Source of the DNA: Eledone cirrhosa
Taxonomy: Eukaryota
Reading direction: 5' to 3'
NCBI GenBank assembly: GCA_964016885.1
Contig: OZ024743.1
Coordinates: forward strand, 281,976,001 to 282,040,000
DNA length: 64,000 bases
A model generated the notes under the pieces. The model did not search any database. It was not told where the DNA came from and worked only from the letters and a program-made list of their open reading frames with translations. Position numbers and translations under genes: made by a program. Positions within the stretch are counted from its first letter, which is position 1, and the number at the start of each line of letters is the position of its first letter. Shown in pieces: positions 62,401 to 64,000 of the stretch.

Positions 62401-63166
62401 CAGAAATAATAATAATTTTGTATAAGAACCTTTGTTAAGTTATGCTCCAAACACCACCTTAATAAAGAGAAAGTTATTTTAGTAAATACCTCTAAATTCT
62501 GGATTATTTTCAAAATTATTTCAAAGTCATAAGTAGTGTCTTTCATTAGAACGTGGTAATGAAAAGGTTAAATGTAATAAAGCAAAATAATTGAAAGAAT
62601 TGGTTCAAAAGAGAGAAAAAAAAGGAAAGGAACAATTCATTTTTTTTACCGGATTTGGTAAACAGTTTTCAACTGGTATTTTGATACTGTCAGAAATAAT
62701 TTCACCTTCTGGTTGGATGTAATATATGGTAAGGGATGAGTCATGAGCAAGCTGACCAGAAATAGATAGAGTTTGTTTGTAAATGGGTGTTGGTTTTTCA
62801 AAACCTTTCTTTTCTCCAACTGCAGAAAGATAAAATATGAGATTAAATTTTTTTTAAATTCAAAGATTCGTTTGTAGTTTTGTTTTGTTTTTTGTTTTTT
62901 TTTATTGATAAGGGAAATTTATATTAGATATGAAGCATAATAAAGTTAGATAATGACAACAACAACAAACCATGACTATTTGAAAATATAACTGTGATAT
63001 TTAAAGCTGTTTCCTGATCTTTACTTTTCTCATCATTCATCACTGAATTATTTTTTCCATTTAAAAAAGCAGTATTCAGAGTTGGCTCCTTGAATGTCTC
63101 CTCATGCAATGTAGAATGGTTGTGATCGGTGGAATTTGACACCATATTTTCACCAAGAGAAAATAC
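792..63166 (-). CDS. A2M: Alpha-2-macroglobulin-family thioester-containing protein, internal part (16 exons, ~857 aa); gene extends beyond both window ends
   Basis: Sixteen exons with GT-AG boundaries and matching phases translate to A2M hallmarks: [87 protein letters not shown]. The family is secure; exact orthology (A2M/PZP vs CD109/TEP) was not tested. Confidence 0.93.
2948..3101 (-). CDS. A2M: A2M-family TED exon ([28 protein letters not shown]...LKSRAVLQ)
   Basis: aag acceptor, gtaaga donor, 154 nt, phase 0 to 1; A..CL...Y.LAL..YAF motif. Confidence 0.93.
4600..5155 (-). mobile_element. Degraded mariner-type DNA transposon, 5' part
   Basis: Minus strand reads [28 protein letters not shown], resembling the mariner transposase N-terminal HTH, with stops; a TIR-like end lies near 5130-5155. 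Confidence 0.6.
5403..5722 (-). CDS. A2M: A2M-family TED exon ([19 protein letters not shown]...[13 protein letters not shown]...[17 protein letters not shown])
   Basis: Conserved thioester-domain sequence; 320 nt, phase 1 to 0; gtatgt donor. Confidence 0.97.
6792..6968 (-). CDS. A2M: A2M-family thioester exon ([39 protein letters not shown]...YMEK)
   Basis: GCGEQ thioester motif at about 6898-6912; AG/GT boundaries, 177 nt, phase 1-1. Confidence 0.97.
8149..8244 (-). CDS. A2M: A2M-family exon ([31 protein letters not shown])
   Basis: cag acceptor, gtaaat donor, 96 nt, phase 1-1; L.LP...V.DS.RASVSV motif. Confidence 0.92.
9435..9486 (-). CDS. A2M: A2M-family exon ([17 protein letters not shown])
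   Basis: tag acceptor, gtaagt donor, 52 nt, phase 0 to 1; EG...E.T.NS..C motif. Confidence 0.9.
9850..11620 (-). mobile_element. Degraded RTE-clade LINE (RT and C-terminal part), interrupted by a MITE
   Basis: Fragments [48 protein letters not shown] and KDCIKEN..CLG.DINQWE, with frameshifts. Confidence 0.8.
10863..11351. mobile_element. Non-autonomous hAT (Buster/Charlie-type) MITE
   Basis: TIRs CATTGGTTCCCAACC and CAGCGGTTCCCAACC (reverse complement); perfect 8-bp TSD TTCTAGAA at 10855-10862 and 11352-11359. Confidence 0.92.
12836..12931 (-). CDS. A2M: A2M-family exon ([32 protein letters not shown])
   Basis: tag acceptor, gtaagt donor, 96 nt, phase 0-0; A.A.....C...D.L.R.LL pattern preceding the (P/A)EG exon. 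Confidence 0.85.
12985..13162 (-). mobile_element. tRNA-derived SINE with (ATT)n tail
   Basis: A-box-like TGGCAGTATCGGTAG, B-box GAGTTCAAATCCC, central CTTTGCCTTTCATCCTTACGGGGTCAATAAAAT; near-identical copies elsewhere in the window. Confidence 0.85.
13173..14812 (-). mobile_element. L1/Tx1-type LINE, internally deleted: ORF1-like region fused to zf-RVT C-terminus and 3' UTR
   Basis: ORF 13450-14160 contains CPRC...[10 protein letters not shown] (CCHC zf-RVT); an upstream ORF1-like frame at 14291-14776; 3' end followed by (ATT)n. Confidence 0.75.
14834..15656 (-). mobile_element. L1/Tx1-type LINE, 5'-truncated (zf-RVT and 3' UTR)
   Basis: ORF 15127-15642 is paralogous to the 13450-13935 segment; same 3' UTR and (ATT)n end. 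Confidence 0.8.
15713..17629 (+). mobile_element. RLE-type non-LTR retrotransposon (R4/Dong clade), 5'-truncated with an uninterrupted ORF
   Basis: [26 protein letters not shown] knuckle [17 protein letters not shown] and ANRPDI..LIDMSVP..K..KY..L restriction-like endonuclease; (TAA)n on both sides. Confidence 0.92.
17653..20090 (+). mobile_element. Second R4/Dong-type RLE LINE, longer but with stop codons
   Basis: ORF pieces 17854-18435, 18610-19440 and 19453-20070: [42 protein letters not shown]. Starts immediately after (TAA)n. Confidence 0.92.
20393..20539 (-). CDS. A2M: A2M-family exon ([11 protein letters not shown]...[28 protein letters not shown])
   Basis: tag acceptor, gtgagt donor, 147 nt, phase 0-0; CVC and P..LG.IN.TV motifs. 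Confidence 0.92.
21149..21238. repeat. 18-bp minisatellite (ATATCCATATATCATCAT), about 5 copies
   Basis: Direct tandem units visible; explains the spurious MMIYGY ORF. Confidence 0.9.
21992..22028 (+). ncRNA. Degenerate hammerhead-like motif in a short PLE-type repeat
   Basis: CTGAAGA-A-GGAC-ttct-GTCC-GAAA-aatc; core boxes and stem II are present, stems I and III are poor. Confidence 0.45.
22120..23975 (-). mobile_element. Degraded Penelope-like element with inverted pseudo-LTR copies, interrupted by an RTE fragment (~22700-23360)
   Basis: Minus strand shows F..NGYP (thumb) and LVYKFTC..YIGSTT..L..QIKEH (GIY-YIG); 22120-22325 is a diverged inverted copy of 23770-23975. Confidence 0.75.
24290..24620 (-). 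mobile_element. Penelope-like GIY-YIG endonuclease remnant
   Basis: Minus strand reads [42 protein letters not shown]. Confidence 0.7.
24720..26535 (+). mobile_element. RTE-clade LINE (PHD-containing family), degraded, with (GAT)n tail
   Basis: [55 protein letters not shown]; 3' UTR ends GACGTTAAAC(TGA)n. Confidence 0.88.
26843..27650 (-). mobile_element. RTE-clade LINE 3' fragment (same family)
   Basis: [20 protein letters not shown] and GRPKKTWDD; (GAT)n tail at about 26845. Confidence 0.85.
27818..28046 (-). CDS. A2M: A2M-family exon ([18 protein letters not shown]...[35 protein letters not shown])
   Basis: cag acceptor, gtaagt donor, 229 nt, phase 2 to 0; highly conserved A2M domain sequence. 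Confidence 0.96.
29135..30005 (+). mobile_element. L1/Tx1-type LINE 3' fragment, degraded
   Basis: Homologous to 15127-15642 (MDNFQK.., TRLKG.KTDTFL, FKFHL.RK); ends in (ATT)n. Confidence 0.75.
30212..30350 (-). CDS. A2M: A2M-family exon, end of bait region ([17 protein letters not shown]...[15 protein letters not shown])
   Basis: aag acceptor, gtaatt donor, 139 nt, phase 1 to 2; R..FPETWLW motif. Confidence 0.93.
30445..30800 (-). mobile_element. L1/Tx1-type LINE 3' end fragment
   Basis: Shares the 3' UTR motif (CCCCAATAGGGGGAA) with the other copies. Confidence 0.6.
31190..32830 (-). mobile_element. Degraded RTE-clade LINE
   Basis: [39 protein letters not shown] and MQFGFVP; many frameshifts. 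Confidence 0.75.
33400..34225 (-). mobile_element. Degraded RTE-clade LINE fragment
   Basis: [19 protein letters not shown]-like Cys cluster and MLHGSETW. Confidence 0.75.
34456..34552 (-). CDS. A2M: A2M-family exon, start of bait region ([32 protein letters not shown])
   Basis: tag acceptor, gtatgt donor, 97 nt, phase 0 to 1; conserved GL.V.TD...KPC motif. Confidence 0.88.
34850..36207 (+). mobile_element. CR1-type LINE, 5'-truncated, with (ATT)n tail
   Basis: [83 protein letters not shown]. Confidence 0.9.
36611..39257 (+). mobile_element. hAT DNA transposon (Buster/Charlie type) with decayed transposase
   Basis: TIRs CAAAGGTTCTCAAC and CACAGGTTTTCAAC (reverse complement); imperfect 8-bp TA-centred TSD CATTAGAT/AATTACAT; transposase motifs [35 protein letters not shown] and LPFPS.Y at 37550-38590. 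Confidence 0.88.
37069..37548. repeat. 40-bp tandem array, about 12 copies (ACACATCTAGGACCACATACAACACATAAGCAGGTAATAC)
   Basis: Exact 40-nt period with point variants; no unique spacers. Confidence 0.95.
39432..39617 (-). mobile_element. tRNA-derived SINE, full-length copy
   Basis: Same family as 12985-13162; A and B boxes intact. Confidence 0.85.
39835..40070. repeat. (GAT)n-derived microsatellite
   Basis: Long degenerate GAT/GGT/GAA triplet run. Confidence 0.9.
40106..40359 (-). CDS. A2M: A2M-family exon with Pro-rich, acidic and polybasic segments and RQKR furin-type site (..[22 protein letters not shown])
   Basis: cag acceptor, gtaaac donor, 254 nt, phase 1 to 0; DA..AF motif precedes the GL.V.TD exon as in A2M. 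Confidence 0.88.
41528..42730 (+). mobile_element. RTE-clade LINE copy with inverted 5' segment
   Basis: 41528-41725 encodes the RT N-terminal part on the minus strand; from 41726 the RT continues on the plus strand through to the 3' UTR. Confidence 0.7.
43422..43477 (-). ncRNA. Second hammerhead ribozyme copy in the inverted pseudo-LTR
   Basis: Reverse complement reads ACTGCCTGATGAGGTCATAGCCATTTAATGGCTATCATTGAAATATATATAGCAGT; the closing pair of stem II is G-U instead of G-C. Confidence 0.8.
44568..46501 (+). pseudogene. Penelope/Naiad RT-GIY-YIG ORF, N-truncated, with one frameshift near 46040-46070
   Basis: ORF 44568-46127 (RT) and the frame of 46124-46501 (endonuclease) overlap; the second frame reads [23 protein letters not shown] upstream of its ATG. 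Confidence 0.85.
47114..47292 (+). mobile_element. tRNA-derived SINE inserted in the 3' pseudo-LTR only
   Basis: Same SINE family as above; absent from the inverted copy at about 43815-43825. Confidence 0.85.
47800..47855 (+). ncRNA. Type I minimal hammerhead ribozyme in the Penelope pseudo-LTR
   Basis: ACTGC-CTGATGA-[GGTCATAGCCA ttcaa TGGCTATCATC]-GAAA-TATATA-TA-GCAGT: intact core, stems I and II, palindromic stem III, AUA cleavage triplet. Confidence 0.85.
48583..49850 (+). mobile_element. RTE-clade LINE 3' fragment, relatively young, with (GAT)n tail
   Basis: Open 240-aa frame at 48615-49337; 3' UTR has an internal ~115-bp tandem duplication (~49510-49730); ends GGACGTTAAACG(TGA)n. Confidence 0.9.
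50581..51753 (+). mobile_element. Non-autonomous Helitron-like element with internal tandem subrepeats
   Basis: 5' A|TCTGTATATATATAAAA followed by a GT-rich run; 3' hairpin ACCCAG-GCAATG-CTGGGT; four internal repeats beginning TAGCTCCCA. The terminal CTRR is degenerate. Confidence 0.6.
52285..52354 (-). CDS. A2M: A2M-family exon ([23 protein letters not shown])
   Basis: tag acceptor, gtaagt donor, 70 nt, phase 0 to 1; bridges the flanking exons in frame. Confidence 0.8.
54640..55605 (+). mobile_element. RTE (BovB-like) LINE 3' fragment with three C-terminal C2H2 zinc fingers
   Basis: [43 protein letters not shown], then CSVC..HLRSH, CQAC..HAKVH and CQLC..HIRSQH. Confidence 0.85.
55870..56260 (-). 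mobile_element. RLE endonuclease domain remnant of an R2-group LINE
   Basis: Minus strand reads [24 protein letters not shown]...[10 protein letters not shown]...[11 protein letters not shown]. Confidence 0.7.
56335..57600 (-). mobile_element. RTE-clade LINE, degraded and internally deleted
   Basis: ORF 57027-57530: [38 protein letters not shown]; (GAT)n tail near 56340. Confidence 0.85.
58065..58620 (+). mobile_element. RTE (BovB-like) LINE 3' end with decayed C2H2 fingers
   Basis: [31 protein letters not shown] and [21 protein letters not shown]. Confidence 0.7.
58830..59106 (-). mobile_element. RTE LINE 3' UTR fragment, near-identical to the 49461-49850 UTR (without its duplication)
   Basis: Direct comparison of the reverse complement; (GAT)n tail. 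Confidence 0.85.
59211..59360 (-). CDS. A2M: A2M-family exon ([50 protein letters not shown])
   Basis: AG/GT boundaries, 150 nt, phase 0-0; MG6 motif C...VDKSV. Confidence 0.92.
59387..59752. repeat. (GAT)n-derived microsatellite adjacent to an exon acceptor
   Basis: About 365 bp of degenerate GAT triplets. Confidence 0.92.
60888..61392 (-). mobile_element. Non-autonomous Helitron
   Basis: Minus strand: 5' A|TCTATATATTACTAAAAGTCTGTG.., 3' hairpin GTGACCCA-A-TGGGTCAC then AGGTGGTCTAG|T; inserted between A and T, no TSD. Confidence 0.8.
61864..62407. repeat. Long fold-back inverted repeat (arms about 260 bp, 17-nt spacer) containing two head-to-head SINE halves
   Basis: 61864-62125 is the reverse complement of 62143-62407 with few differences. 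Confidence 0.95.
62650..62819 (-). CDS. A2M: A2M-family exon ([57 protein letters not shown])
   Basis: ttctgcag acceptor, gtaaaa donor, 170 nt, phase 1 to 0; matches the A2M pattern LIY..P.G.VI.DS....VENCL.N. Absent from the ORF track. Confidence 0.9.
62971..63166 (-). CDS. A2M: A2M-family exon ([14 protein letters not shown]...IFSNSH), low-complexity insert in MG5 region
   Basis: cag acceptor at 63167-63169 and gt donor at 62969-62970; 196 nt, phase 0 to 1, fits the next exon; sequence similarity is weak. Confidence 0.65.
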
Positions 63167-63329
63167 CTGTAAAGGAAGAAGAAAAATTGTTACCAAAGGT
63201 GTAATTATCTGATCTGCAAATGACAAACTAAGAAATAATTACTTATTCTAGGTAAGTCTAGTTAATAATAAGTGAGGAAAGTTTAATATAACATTTTACT
63301 TTTCAGTCTACAACAGGTAATATTCTTGA

Positions 63330-63960
63330 ATTTGTTAAGAGGTGGAGTCTGAGTGGAGGAAGAGAAGGCACTAAAGAGATTACAATCATATTTAAAGGTG
63401 GGTTAGAAAAGAAACAAGAAGTGACAGGGTCAAAAACACGGGTTCAGAAACAAAGCAGGATCCAGCACCACAAGGGTAGAGTAGAAGAATGGTAGGTGAG
63501 GGAGAAAGGAAGGCAGGGGTTAAGGGGAATGTGAGGTCTATGGTCCAGTCACTTCATCCATGCTGGATGAAGTGAAAAGTTACGTGTTGGGATGGGGTCT
63601 TGAAGTCATGGTCCTGGTTGCAGAGCTGACAAAAATGAAAGAATTGGGAGTAAGGTGTGGAAAGTTTGGTGTGGGTGAGGTAGAAGGAGGTGAAATCAAG
63701 ATAGGTGTGGGAATCAGTAGGTTTGTAGAAGATGGGGGTAGGGAGGGTGTGGTGAGTGTGGTCAATAGAGAGATGTCGAGAAATTGAACAAAAGAATAAG
63801 AGATGGGGGAGAGCTAAGATGAAGGTAGGATGAAAAGACTGGACAAAGGAAAGAAAGGAGTCGAGTTGTTCACAGAAGAGAGATGTGACACTGATACAGT
63901 CGTCGATATAATGACTATATAGCTCAGGGGTTGGTCCAGTGTATTGGGACTGTTATTATT
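63330..63960 (-). mobile_element. Penelope-like RT remnant
   Basis: With frameshifts, the minus strand reads YIDDCISV, VQFLDISI, FYKPTDSHTYLDF.S and PYSQF..FCQLC. Confidence 0.75.
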
Positions 63961-64000
63961 TATAGCTGTCGACTGATATATATATATATATATATATATA

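Overview
This is AT-rich, microsatellite-dense eukaryotic genomic DNA, most likely from an octopus (inferred from the SINE/RTE-LINE repertoire and repeat style). The whole window lies inside one minus-strand gene for a thioester-containing protein of the alpha-2-macroglobulin family. I traced 16 consecutive GT-AG exons from 63166 down to 792. Their phases are consistent and they give about 857 aa, running from the MG5/MG6 region through a polybasic RQKR segment, the bait region (FPETWLW) and the GCGEQ thioester to the end of the TED (YGGFSSTQ). Both ends of the gene lie outside the window. The introns are packed with mobile DNA: RTE LINEs (one family with an internal PHD-like finger, one with three C-terminal C2H2 fingers), two RLE-type R4/Dong LINEs and Tx1-like LINEs stacked at (TAA)n tracts, a CR1-type LINE, four Penelope-like elements, a Buster-type hAT transposon carrying a 40-bp tandem array, a hAT MITE with a perfect TSD, non-autonomous Helitrons, a mariner remnant and many tRNA-SINEs. 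The most notable signals are a Naiad-type Penelope element with inverted pseudo-LTRs, each carrying a hammerhead ribozyme (one on the host pre-mRNA strand), a series of fold-back palindromes, and the (TAA)n insertion stack. I found no prokaryotic-type system such as CRISPR.
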